A stretch of DNA of 64,000 bases from Octopus sinensis. Lineage: Eukaryota. The stretch is taken from NCBI RefSeq assembly GCF_006345805.1, contig NC_042999.1, positions 69,812,001 to 69,876,000 on the forward strand, written 5' to 3'. The position numbers were made by a program, and so were the translations under genes. The notes beneath the pieces were generated by a model. That model saw nothing but the letters and a program-made list of their open reading frames with translations. It was not told the origin of the DNA and ran no database searches. This document shows, piece by piece, positions 12,649-24,721 of the stretch (the first letter of the stretch is position 1; every line of letters starts with the position of its first letter).

Positions 12649-12700
<52 letters not shown>
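12520..12700. repeat. (TA)n/(TG)n microsatellite
   Basis: Direct reading. Confidence 0.9.
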
Positions 12701-12701
<1 letters not shown>

Positions 12702-13399
12702 GGCATGTTCTTTTTCTTCCTTACACCATACCTACTGCCACCTCTAATATGCTTCTGATCTTAAATTTCCAGCTAACTATAATTGTTTATAGTTGGTTGT
12801 CTGCTGCCGACTTTAGATTATGGCAAGAATACATTGCAACATTATTATAGTTACCATCAGTAATCTTAAAGAAAAAAAAAAGAGCTTTCAGTAAATACAT
12901 ATTATCTACCAGATATTCCAGGTGTAGTGTCTGTGAGACACACTGAAATCTTGAGATAGATAAACTTTTGAAAATGTCGCACAAGTTAATATAAGCTGCA
13001 AGTATTGAGGCAGAAAGAGAGAAGAGCTAATAATAAATTATATCTGTTTCTTTCTAATCAGTTATATTTTATCAGAGGACAAAGATATCAAGGGTATTGG
13101 CATTAATATTTTTTATATTTCTAACTGTACCAATGCCAAGAGATGTATCAAATTTCTGATATTAAGTGAAGGCAAAATTTAATCTCAACTTTCACTAAGC
13201 TTCCAAAATGCACAAATTGCTAGAAATGATTGTGAAATCTCCTTTAATTTATACATCACTTACTTGGACAGAAATGGTACATTGGATGAAGTCCAAAATA
13301 TAATACAATGTTTGGGAGAAGGACAGACTGGTTAAATCTGGAATGCCTTTGATCGTAGGACTGGTCAGTAAAAACTTAGGGTTAAAATACATACATATG

Positions 13400-13409
13400 T
13401 ATGTATATG

Positions 13410-13440
<31 letters not shown>

Positions 13441-13627
13441 CTGCCCCCTTAACATCGCTTGACAACCGATGCTGGTGTGTTTACATTCCCATAACTTAGA
13501 GGTTCGGCAAAAGAGACTGATAGAATAAATACTAGGCTTACAAAGAATAAGTCCTGGGGTCGATTTGCTCGACTAAAGGTGGTGATCCAACAAGGCCACA
13601 GTCACATGACTGAAACAAGTAAAAGAG
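13400..13627 (+). mobile_element. SINE family A, 3' half
   Basis: Matches the 3' half of the full copies (CGCTTGACAACCGATGCTGG...GACTGAAACAAGTAAAAGAG). Confidence 0.8.
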
Positions 13628-14087
13628 CAGTCTTTCAAAATAAGAATAATGCTTGATTTTAGACTTTAGTCTAGAACAATATGACAGACACTTCAGTTAT
13701 TCGAATGTGGTAATTTTACAAATGATAGCTATGAGCCAACAGGGCACCTCAATAGAGTTGTCCATCTACCAGAAACAATAGTGAAATATCTTTTGAATAA
13801 CATCTTGTCACCTTAATAAAAGAAAGCTATATTTGATAATATAGCTACAGATCAACTATATCTGCATATGAAGACAGGATAGTCACAGCTGGAACACCTT
13901 TGATCACAGGTTTGCCCAATGACAGCTGACCTGGAGACAGACAACAAGAATGAATACATCTGTTAGACAACTGTCAGTGTTGGGTAGAATTGTACATGGA
14001 GTATAATTAATGAAACTCCAATGAGGTGGCAGTGTCAATTGGGCCATAATTAATTAATCATTGAGATGCTGCTGAAGACTTTTAGTG

Positions 14088-14420
14088 TCATCATCATCAT
14101 CCTCGTTTAACGTCCGCTCTCCCTGCTAACATGGGTTGGACAATTTGACCAAGGACTGGCAAACCAGATGGCTGCACCAGGCTCCAGTCTGATCTGGCAG
14201 AGTTTTATACAGCCGGATGCCCTTCCTAACGCCAACCAATCTGAGAGTGTAGTGAATGCTTTTATGTGCCACCGGCACGAGGGCCAGTCAGGCGGTACTG
14301 GCAACGGCCACGCTCAAATGGTGCTTTTTATGTGCCACCTGCACAGGAGCCAGTCCAGCGGCACTGGCAACAACCTCGCTTGAATGTTTATTCACGTGCC
14401 ACCAGCACAAGTGCCACAGT
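14088..14420 (-). mobile_element. RTE-type LINE 3' end
   Basis: Minus strand ends GGCGTTAGGAAGGGCATCCGGCTGTA...CGGACGTTAAACGA then (GAT)n; homologous to 16330-16935 and 22080-22705. Confidence 0.7.
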
Positions 14421-15187
14421 TTGGAATAGTGTATCTCTTTCCAAATCAGATGAAGATTTGACAATACAGCAGAGTAATGAAGCATTCTTCACTTTTACAG
14501 TGTTAACTCTGCTAATGGATGTCTTTTAAAAAACCTAAAGAACTTTTGGCTTAAAAAAAATATAAAGGAATTTGAAAACTTGAAATGCCTTCAGGTTCAT
14601 TTATAATTAGTAAATTTTTTTAATGACAGTCAAAGCATGAGAAGTTGCACTGATGAACTTTTAAGGGAACACTAAGAGGAAAATAGATGTTCATAGTCTG
14701 ATCAGAGACTCCAGTGAATGCTTCTAATATGTTTTTGGCCACTTATAACAGTCTGCCTTGTTGATTCTTCAGCCCTGTAACAAGCACCCCAGTTTGAGAA
14801 TCTATGGTGGGATCATTCTATACTTCAGACATCACGAAACAAAACTAGAAAATTATTCATCCATTTATTAATTTATGGGGATGGGGTACGAAGAACAGCA
14901 ATAATCCAATCAATAGCATATCTCTTCATTTTTAATATATTGTGGCAGATTCAAACATTGATGTTATCCAGAAGTGAATAACAACAGCAATCAGATATTT
15001 ATATTTGAAGGAAGAGGTATCTTATTGCTCACCCATTTAACTTCCTTACAAATCTTTGACTTGGCGCTCACATAAAAATATAATTTTAACATTATTTAAA
15101 GATTACCAAAGATTCTTTTCCTATGACTTATTCAGAGGAGGAAGGACTGCACCTCTGACCCTTTTCAGGGCCTCTAAGGCTGCTTAA

Positions 15188-15408
15188 CCATTTAGCATTT
15201 AAACCAGCCATATCCCATATCCAACCAAAATATTCTTCCTGTTTTATGTTCAAAGTGGCCAGATCCAGCCTCTCACACCTACCCTACAATGTTACTCTGA
15301 AAAATATAGTTGTTTAATCAAAATCTCAAAGCTACAAGATAATGCAGGATAAATTCAAAACTGTGAATAAATAAACATATTTGATAAAACAATCGGAATG
15401 CCAAGGGG
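15188..15408. mobile_element. piggyBac-like MITE
   Basis: TTAA on both sides (15184-87, 15409-12); imperfect TIRs CCATTTAGCATT / AATGCCAAGGGG. Confidence 0.55.
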
Positions 15409-15844
15409 TTAAAGGAAAGAAGCTATGCCCTGACTCCACTAAATGTATTCAACAATAGGATATAGGTCTTAAACTGAGGGATTATCTGAAGCAAGGCCTG
15501 CATGGAAAATCTCTCTCTCTCTCTTGTTTCTGCATTGTAAAAGTGATAGATTATGATTGAGCTTTATGCTTACTGAACTGGATAGATCAAGTGTATACTT
15601 ACTTTTCAGCTGCAATCTCTCGTCTTTTCATTATTATTTCTATAACTGTCAGCAATAATAATACACCAAGAATAATTAAACAGAGTACCACATCTGAAAA
15701 AAATGTTTTTTAAAAATCATATCAAAATAAGAATTATCAAATAAACGTTAAAATTGATTAGATTTTCGCAATTTGTAAAGTATTCAGATTTACATATAAT
15801 CTGGGCTATTGGATTATATTGATTTCTTACACAGGGTCATGACA

Positions 15845-15880
<36 letters not shown>

Positions 15881-16312
15881 GGTTTCGAATTTTAGCACAA
15901 GGCCATCAATTTTTTAGGGGAGGAGTAAGTTGATTATTGGGACCCCAGTGTTCAATTGGTACTTATTTTATAGACTTCAAAAGGAAGAAAGGCAAAGTTG
16001 ACCTCGGTGGAATTTAAACTCAGAATGTAAAGATGGACAAAATGCAGCTAAGCCTTTCATTTGGCATGCTAACAATTCTGCCAGCCTGCAACTAATAATA
16101 ATAATCCTTTCTACTAAAAGCACAAGGCCAGGAATTTTGGAGGAGGGGACTAAATTACATCGACCCCAGTGTTTCACTGGTTCTCAATTGACCCCAAAAG
16201 GATGAAAGGCAAAGTTGACTTCAGCAGAATTTGAACTCAAAATGTAAAGATAGATGAAAAGCTGCTAAGCATTTTTCCCAGCACATTAACAATTCTGCTA
16301 CCTCGCCACCTT
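15845..16312 (-). mobile_element. Two head-to-tail SINE family B copies
   Basis: tRNA-like head AAGG(C/T)GGCGAGCTGGCAGAAT, B-box GAGTT(C/T)AAATTC, body GGGGTCGAT...TAAGTACC, (ATT)n tails. Confidence 0.8.
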
Positions 16313-16329
16313 AATAATAATAATAATAA

Positions 16330-16935
16330 GAGGCCTCATCGAGGCAATGGCCAGTGACCAACAATTTTGGAAATATGCTGTGCTTGAGAAGACCTGGCAA
16401 GCCAAGTGAGACCATAACCTTGTGGCCTAAGCCAGGGGTAGAACCAGCCCACTTATGTGTACCTTCCCTTCATTGGACACTGCTTGTGAAGACCTGTTGA
16501 GGCAAGTGAAATCGGAATCAAAATCAAATTCGATGACTGGCATCCTTGCTTGTGGAGCACCAAGAGCACCATCCGAGCATGATCGCTGCCAGAGTGGCTA
16601 CCTGGCGTTCATGCCAGTGGTACATAAAAAGCACCATTCAAACATGATCGTTACCAGCATCACCTTACTGTCACTTGTGCCGGTGTGCAGGTGACACGTA
16701 AAAAAAAAAAAAAAACACGATTTTTCCGTGATCGTTGCCAGTACCGCCTGACTGGCCCTCATGCCGGTGGCACATTAAAGCACCCACTACACTCTCGGAG
16801 TAGTTGGTGTTAGGATCCAGCTGTAGAAACTCTGCCAAATCAAGATTGGAGCCTGGTGCAGCCATCTGGTTCACCAGTCCTCAGTCAAATCATCCAATCC
16901 ATGCTAGCATGGAAAGCGGACATTAAACGATGAAT
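16330..16935 (+). mobile_element. RTE-type LINE: ORF2 C-terminus and 3' UTR
   Basis: Reads GLIEAMASDQQFWKYAVLEKTWQAK*, then a UTR with sub-repeats and terminal GGACATTAAACGATGA. Confidence 0.65.
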
Positions 16936-17375
16936 AATAATAATAATATAATAATAATAATAATTCTTTCTACTACAGGCACAATGCCTGAAATTTTGCG
17001 GAGGGGTCATGTTGATTTCATTGACCCCAGTGCTTAACTGATACTTATTTTATTGACCTTGAAAGAATGAATGGAATAACTGACCTCAGCAGAATTGAAC
17101 TCAGAACATAAAGCTAGAAGACATGCTGCTAAACATTGTCTGGCATGCTAACAATTCTGTCAACTCACAGCCTTAATTATAATGATAATAATTCTTTCTA
17201 CTCAAAGCACAAAGTCTGAAATTTTGGATGTTGGGGTTAGTCTTTGACATCAATCCCAGTGCTGAAATGGTACATTATTTTAAGGATAAACAGCAAAGTT
17301 AACCTTGGCAGAATTTAAATTCACAATATAAAAAGCCGCAACAAATTCCAGAAGGTATTTTGTGAAACATTCTAA
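16935..17375 (-). mobile_element. Two head-to-tail SINE family B copies (decayed)
   Basis: Same head, body and (ATT)n tail as other family B copies. Confidence 0.7.
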
Positions 17376-18543
17376 GAATTATGCTCCAGAAAGTGTCTCC
17401 TCTTTATGGAACATGTGCCCCTCATTGAACTTTTTTATTTCTTTAACTACAAGAAAAACGGAGATTAAACAGGGCTTACAGATATCTGAGGAATGGGATA
17501 AACAAGCAAAAATTATATAAGAACGAGGTTGAAAGATGCTATGCAATACATGGGCTTGTATTTAATTAAAACAATAATTAACACCACACACACACACACA
17601 CACAAATGGTTGGCATGCAGTGTTGTGAAATAAAATTTTCAACCACTTCAAATCTACTTGGGACATACTTGGCCCAACATATTTGAACTGGTCAAAAAGC
17701 TTGTTTATTTCATTACTTTACTTTGCATGTCAACCATTTATCTTGTTCTGGCCTGACAGTCACAGTACATATCCCATGGATAATTTCTAGTGATTTCTAA
17801 TAAGCTAGTGAAAGCTTCCTGTCATTTTGGAGTTGTGCTCTCATCAGCATTAGATACCAAACAGGACCAGTAACTTGAAATGCATATATAAGACCGTATG
17901 TGAGTGTTATGAAATGACTAACATTTTTCATATTTTGCCTAAAGCAGGGAATTTTCCCCATGGTGAATCACAGTGAAAATGGCATTTTTACAGATCAGAT
18001 ATATCCTGAACATATTTGAGTTAACCAAAAAATTATTTTATATATATATATATACACAGACACACACACATTGCACCAATTATAAGCATCCTTTCTACAA
18101 CACCTATTTGTGTCCTCCTTATATTATTTCAAGCTGTTGAATCCAGAATCTTCCATGATGTCTTTAGTCACTCATGGAAATTCAGAGTTCTTTAGTCATT
18201 CATGTGAAAAAAAGAACCCATATCTTGCGAATCACTGAGTTGTAACATGTGGTGAACATCCATGGAACACTTGATTGAAATTCAGATTTTCTTACATTTC
18301 TTTGTACGCTGGTCCTAGCTCTTTACCGGCTCTATTTTCTGAATCGATATTTTACTGAGGTCTACTTTGCCTTCCTTCCCTCCAGGTTAATAAAATAAAA
18401 TACTAATCAAGTACTGGAATTGTCCCTCCCCTTGAACAGGAAACTTCCCAGATCAAATATATCCTGAACATATTTGAGGTAACCAAAAATTATTATATAG
18501 ATAGATAATACATACACAGACACACACATTGCACCTATAGGCA

Positions 18544-18935
18544 TAGGAGTGGCTGTGTGGTAAGTAGCTTGCTTATGAACCACATGGTTCCGGGTTCAGA
18601 CCCACTGTGTGGCACCTTGGGCAAGTGTTTTCTACTATAGCTCGGGCCGACCAAAGCCTTGTGAGTGGATTTGGTAGATGGAAACTGAAGGAAGCCTGTC
18701 ATATGTGTGTGTGTTTGTGTATATGTTTGTGTGTCTGTGTTTGTCCTCCCAACATTGCTTGACAACCGATGCTGGTGTGTTTACGTCCTCGTAACTTAGT
18801 TCAGCAAAAGAGACCGATAGAATAAGTCCTAGGCTTACAAAGAATAAACCCTGCCCTGGGATCGATTTGCTTGACTAAAGGTGGTGCTCCAGCATGGCCA
18901 CAGTCAAATGACTGAAACAAGTAAAAGAGTAAAAG
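18544..18935 (+). mobile_element. SINE family A, full length (tRNA head, CORE-like domain, internal microsatellite, CR1-like tail)
   Basis: A-box TGGCTGTGTGG, B-box GGTTCAGACCC, CCTTGGGCAAGTGT domain, tail CCAGCATGGCCACAGTCAAATGACTGAAACAAGTAAAAGAG. Confidence 0.85.
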
Positions 18936-19639
18936 AAAAAAAAGAGACAATAGCAAAGGAGTTCTCATTTGTTTTGCCTGGCAGTGTTAGTGTTTCCTTT
19001 ATGAAGAATATTATGCAAACTAGTTGGATACCGTAAAACAGACAATAGTGGGTGCCATTCATAAAACCAACAATTTGTAATTGTTTATTATATTTGGAAG
19101 TCAGGACTTCCAAACAGTATAATTGACAAAGTTTTTCTGTTAATATATATTTACTAGGTTTGAAGGTACATGAAGAGAAGCTAATTTTGATTACTTCAAA
19201 ATTCCTCTATTTTTACAAATCTCACATACCCCTATGATATCTTTTGTATGTCCTGAGAGTTACCTGTAACCCAGTTTGAGACTTACTGCAGCAGTATCTT
19301 ACAGTAGATTTTTGTTATTTTTGTTGTACAGGGCTGTGGAAATAATTTTATTCAGGGAGAAGGGCTCTTTACTTGTCACCATTGGAGATGATCCCTTTCA
19401 TGAAATAGATATTAGCTTCCTGTTATTGGAGAAGGATTACTCTTTTATTGGAGAGTATCTCTTCATCACAAGAAGTGTACCCCCTCCAATCTTTTAATTG
19501 CCTATTTTAAATTTAGTGTGTGTGTGAGTGTTTTTTTAATTTTTTTTTTATGACAATTTGCCAATCCTTTTTGGCCTTTGTCGGGTCTCCATCCTCATAT
19601 AGTAATGTTGCTGTATGTGACTCTTTCTTACCATTGCCA

Positions 19640-19785
19640 CCCCAACATGACTGGCACTTTATTTTATCAGTCCCAAAATGACAAAAAGCAAAGTTGACCT
19701 CAACAGGAGTTGAACTCAGAACTTAAAGAACAAGAACAAATACCACTAAGCATTTTGCCTGATGCTCTAATGATTCTGCCAATCA
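19640..19785 (-). mobile_element. SINE family B fragment
   Basis: AAAGTTGACCTC...TTGAACTCAGAA...TAAGCATTTTGCC homology. Confidence 0.65.
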
Positions 19786-21387
19786 ACTTATAGAATATTG
19801 AAAAGAGAATATAGAAATATCTGAATATAAACTTCTAACTTTCCATTCACAAATATGAAGAGAGGAGAATGAACTGATTTTGTTCAGCTTAAATCCAGTT
19901 GATCTACAATTAGTAAATTGCTTGTCATAAAAATATTCTTGTAAATAGTTTTTCTTGCCTGTTTGATTAATTTATAAATTGTTTTGTACATAAAAAAAGT
20001 ATCTTGAAACTCATTGTTTAAATTGGGCATTGAAAGTTGCCTTCACCAAGTTTAGTTAGTTGAGCTTTACAACTAGTAAGACAATTGGCTTTACGCCCAA
20101 CTAATGAAGATACCAGGAGAAACCCTACTGTTAATCCGTTGTTCTTGCTTTGTAGTTGGGATGTCAATGGCCAAAAAGAAATGTTTTGTTAAAATACTAA
20201 CTTGACTGGTATGCAGATGTTTATTGGCACTAATTTATGGATATTTTGGTGAAACAAGATTGAAAAAATGGCATGGATGATAGACAATCACGTTAAAGAT
20301 GTCAGGAACTGAAACTTGTTAGTTTAGCTCCAGGACTGTTTTGATGAAACAGATATATGATATTGCAGCTGTGAACATCTTTTGTTCAGGTAGAGTATAT
20401 GCAACAAAACCTCCATAAACTAGAAACTCTTAAGCAAGTAAAACCTTTACCAGAATGTGATTTCTTATGATGGGCAATTGCACAATACCAATGTACGGTA
20501 TAACATATGCAAAAAAAAACCATCAAAAACTAAGAAACCAAGAGCTTTTAAATAAGTTTAAACCTATGAAAATTAGAATTTCAATGAAGAATAATTTAGC
20601 ACCTCGACAAGATACAAAAGGTTCACAAATAAGCATATCAAATGTATATATCCATCATCAGCTGTGTAATGGATATCATTATGGTTTCAACACCTGGGCA
20701 AGACTGTTCAACATATTTAGTATGCTCTTCTGTTTTTCTTAAGACAATAGGGTATGGTTTGTAGAGTATTTTAAGTCATTTGTAACACATCAAAAACAAT
20801 GTTACCATAGTCACACCTTTTGGCTTGCTGAACTATATCAGAATAAGGCAAACATTGTCACAACAAAGACTCACAAGAATGACAGACGTGGTTTGCTTCA
20901 CTTGAGGTTGTCAATGCCATGTACACACATGTCATCTGCTTAGAAAAAATTTGTGCTTCAGTATTTAGGAAAAAGTGAATATGTACACAGGTATTGTGGA
21001 ATGCTTGCTGGTTTGGGGAAAAATAAAAAACAACTCAGCAAACACAATTGAATCAGCATTAAATTAAAATAGACATTTGTGTATCATGCTAAATGTGTAT
21101 ACACCACTGAAAAGCATGCAATGTAGTATTTGTCTAAGAGAAAAATCTATTCATAAGCATGTGTTACAAACACTATCAGGATGAGATGATTGCTGTGTAT
21201 TCAAGCAAACACACACTTTATATATATATATATATATTTCAATAGGTGAATGAATTATCCTATGTTTATCGTCAGCATGGAAAATTCGTTGAACCGATAT
21301 CAGGGTAGCAAATTCACGTCAGAAACACGGTTGAAGCGACCTGTCCAAGGGTAGAAACTCTGGGTTCATTTGCAGAAATTTGTGTGT

Positions 21388-21606
21388 TATATATGAATAA
21401 ATGAAAGAATGGAGTCGAACGAAGATGTTAACAAAATTCCTTTACTCTCGACATGTTTCGAAGACCACATGGTCTGATGAGAAGATTGCATCATACACCC
21501 TTTATTCCTTTGGAATGAAACCATGTGGTCTTCGAAACATATGTCGAGAGTAAAGGAATTTTGTTAACATCTTCGTTCAACTCCATTCTTTCATTTATTC
21601 ATATAT
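21388..21606. repeat. Fold-back inverted repeat (~85-bp arms) containing a hammerhead-like core
   Basis: 21390-21473 is the reverse complement of 21520-21604 with two small differences; CTGATGA at 21474-80, GAAA at 21534-37, GTC at 21543-45. Confidence 0.85.
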
Positions 21607-22079
21607 ATATATATATACACACACACACGTTCATACATACATGCAATGGGCTTTCAGTTTCTTTCTAAATCGACTCACAAGGCTGTGATAGAAGACATTT
21701 CCCACGGTGTTGCACAGTGGGCTGAACCAATCCAAGACCTTATGGTGGGGAAGCAAGCTTCTTAACCATACAGCCATGCCTGTATCATCATCATTTAACG
21801 TCCACTTTCCATATATATATAATCTGTATGTATATATGCTTAGAGACAGACATATATACCTATAAGTGGGGGAGAGTGACAGAGGCCAAGAGAGCAATCA
21901 ATCAATAAGAATAATTATTGTACCATAGTCACTCTAATTGTTCTCATGTTTAAGAGAACAATTAAGTGATATGATTACTCAAAATTGAATTGTAGCTATT
22001 ACGCATGTGTATGTATGAATGCTTTTTCTGGCACAGAATTCAAACTGATCTCTTAAAGTAGCAAGACCATTTTGTTTAA

Positions 22080-22705
22080 ATTGTGCTTGAGGAGAAGACC
22101 CGGCAAGCCAAGTGAGACCATAACCCGTGGCCTATGTCAGGTGTGTAACCAGCCCACTTATGTATACCTTTCCTTCATTGGACACTAAACTCTGCTTGCA
22201 AAGACCTGTTGAGGCAAGTGAAATCGAAATCAAATTCAATGACTGGCAACCGTGCTAGTGGAGCGCTAAGAGCACCATCCAAACACGATCATTGCCAGAG
22301 CAGCTAATTAGCTTCCATGTCAGTGGCACATAAAAAGCACCATTCGAGCATGATTGTTATCCACATCATCTTACTGGTACTTGTGCTGGTGGCATGTGAA
22401 AAAACATTCGAGCGAGGTCATTGCCAGTGCTGCTGGACTGGCTCCTGTGCAGATGGCATGTAAAAAACACCATTTGAGCATGGCTGTTGCCAGTACCGCC
22501 AGACTGGCCCTAATGCCAGTGGCACATAAAAGCACCCACAACACTTTAGGAGCGGTTGGCGTTAGGAAGGGCATCCAGCTGTAGAAACTCTGTGAGATCA
22601 AGATTGGAGCCTGGTGCAACCATCTGGTTCGCCAGTCCTCAGTCAAATCGTCCAACCCATGCTAGCATGGAAAGTGGGCGTTATACAATGATGATGATGA
22701 TGATA
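22080..22705 (+). mobile_element. RTE-type LINE 3' end
   Basis: Homologous to 16330-16935; GGCGTTAGGAAGGGCATCCAGCTGTAGAAA; (GAT)n tail. Confidence 0.7.
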
Positions 22706-22972
22706 ATAATAAGACAGTTCCTAAGATTTATAAATATATGTACTGAATACTTACAGAGTATACTGAAGAAGGACAAATTGGGTAAACTTATAAGTTAGAA
22801 GAGAGTCATAAAGCTATTTAGCAAGAGACCAGAAGAATTTTATTGCAGTTTAAGAAGCAGGATGCTATGTGAAGCACACATGCTATTAAAATTTGTTAAT
22901 GTAAAATTGATGGAGCCCTGACTTGAGAATTCCAGAATTTTCTGGGAACAGGAGTTGTACAGTGCAAAATGA

Positions 22973-23156
22973 TTTACTCTTTTACTTGTTTCAGTCATTT
23001 GACTGTGGCCATGCTGGAGCAACGCCTTTTTAGTCGAGCAAATCGAACCCAGAACTTATTTTTTGTAAGCCTAGTACTTATTCTATCAGTCTCTTTTATC
23101 AAACCGCTAAGTTACGGGGACGTAAAACACACCAGCATCGGTTGTCAAGCGATGTT

Positions 23157-23227
<71 letters not shown>

Positions 23228-23386
23228 ATGACGGGCTTATTTCAGTTTCTGTCTACCAAATCCACTCACAAGGCTTTGGTCAGCCCGAGGCTATAGTAGA
23301 AGACACTTGCCCAAGATGCCACGCAGTAGGACTGAACCCGGAACCATGTGGTTTGTAAGCAAGTTACTTACCACACAGCCACTCCC
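22973..23386 (-). mobile_element. SINE family A, full length
   Basis: Reverse complement of the family A pattern with internal (CA)/(TA) tract. Confidence 0.85.
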
Positions 23387-23901
23387 ACGCCTATGATTTA
23401 GTTAGTAGTATTGGGTTTTTCTGATAGAAGCAAAAATGGTGATGCCTCACTAAAGTTTGGATATAGGAAAGCGATCGAAGGAGGTTAATGGATGTAGACA
23501 TATAAAGAATGACAAACAATTCAGACACTTAACCACCACCAATAGATTAAGTGTTGAGTTCAAAGAAGGTGATAAAACCTGCACTGCATAACATAACATT
23601 AATTTCTTAGTCTGTAATACATTTTTAAACTGTTAGCATAAGGTGATGATAAATATAGTTGTATGAGGAATCCCATTCAAAACTTATTTCTTCCTCTCTC
23701 AACAGACACCAAATATTTGCATTCTATGACATTGCAGTGTTCTCTCTTCGTTTCTCATGCTGCTTTAGCAAGTCTTGGAATGTTTTGGAAAGACATGGAA
23801 TGTTTTCTCTAATAACAACAACAACACCGATAATAATAGGTCTGCTAAAGAAATCAAGTCTAATAACTATATAATGTTTAAATAAATAAATAAATATATA
23901 T

Positions 23902-23951
<50 letters not shown>

Positions 23952-24097
23952 ATATATTTCGGAGATGTACTTGCATAGCAAGTGATTTGATCTGAGATCG
24001 TGTGCCGGAATGAAAACAATTGCAGCATGGAAGGTGTTTGTAAGCCATTTAAGAAACACACAAAAGCCGTTCGATTCACTTCAACATTTAAGTTTAA

Positions 24098-24148
24098 TTT
24101 GTCAAAATATTTTCGTCGCTATAAGACCGCGACCTGTTCACTGACAAA
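24098..24148 (-). ncRNA. Type I minimal hammerhead ribozyme motif, G3-C8 core variant
   Basis: Minus strand TTTGTCA-GTGAACA-G-GTCGC-GGTCTTATA-GCGAC-GAAA-ATATT-T-TGACAAA: 7-bp stem I, 5-bp stem II, palindromic stem III AATATT, UUU cleavage triplet. Confidence 0.65.
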
Positions 24149-24192
24149 AATCCGTGCTGCATCATTTATTGATTATTCCCTTTAAATATATT

Positions 24193-24301
24193 TATTTATA
24201 TTAAGGGCATTACTATACATAAATGCCTCATGCTAGGAGGGACTTTAAGTGTCCCTCCCAGTGTGAGGCATTTATATATAGTAATGTCCTTAATATAAAT
24301 A
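24193..24301. repeat. Fold-back inverted repeat (51-bp arms, 7-nt loop, 5 mismatches)
   Basis: 24193-24243 vs reverse complement of 24251-24301. Confidence 0.85.
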
Positions 24302-24306
24302 TATAA

Positions 24307-24348
<42 letters not shown>

Positions 24349-24349
<1 letters not shown>

Positions 24350-24721
24350 CTCTCTATATATAAACGGCAGTTTGTCTGTGCGTGTTTCTGTGTGTCTGTT
24401 TGCTTGTACCCTCACCCTGACCACGGCTTTCAACCGATTCTGATGAAACTTGACACACACATAGCCCAATGTCATAATTCAAAACTAACGCAGCCAAAAT
24501 TTTGAAAAGTCCCCCCAGTTCTGAAAAAAATCGATAAATTCGACATGGGGTCGAGAATCAGAAACACGAACCACAAACTGTCTAGGGGACGTAACTCCTT
24601 CCTTTTTTAACTCTCAAAAAAAATTTACCATATTGTTTTCCATTTTTTGGCTATAACTCTCTAAAAATGCTTTATAGTTATTTCCCTTACAAACCTGAGC
24701 AACGCCGGGCGATACTGCTAG
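24349..24721 (+). mobile_element. Non-autonomous Helitron (complete, 373 bp)
   Basis: A|TC...CCTGAGCAACGCCGGG hairpin...CTAG|T; second copy at 35551-35935. Confidence 0.85.

Noticed and set aside
14650-14700. CTGATGA...GAAA...TTC hammerhead-like spacing
   Set aside because: No stem I, and the 10.1-11.1 pair is reversed; likely chance.
19332-19391. Plus-strand acceptor TTTTTGTTGTACAG followed by GCGNNFIQGEGLFTCHHWR*
   Set aside because: No recognisable homology and no partner exons found.
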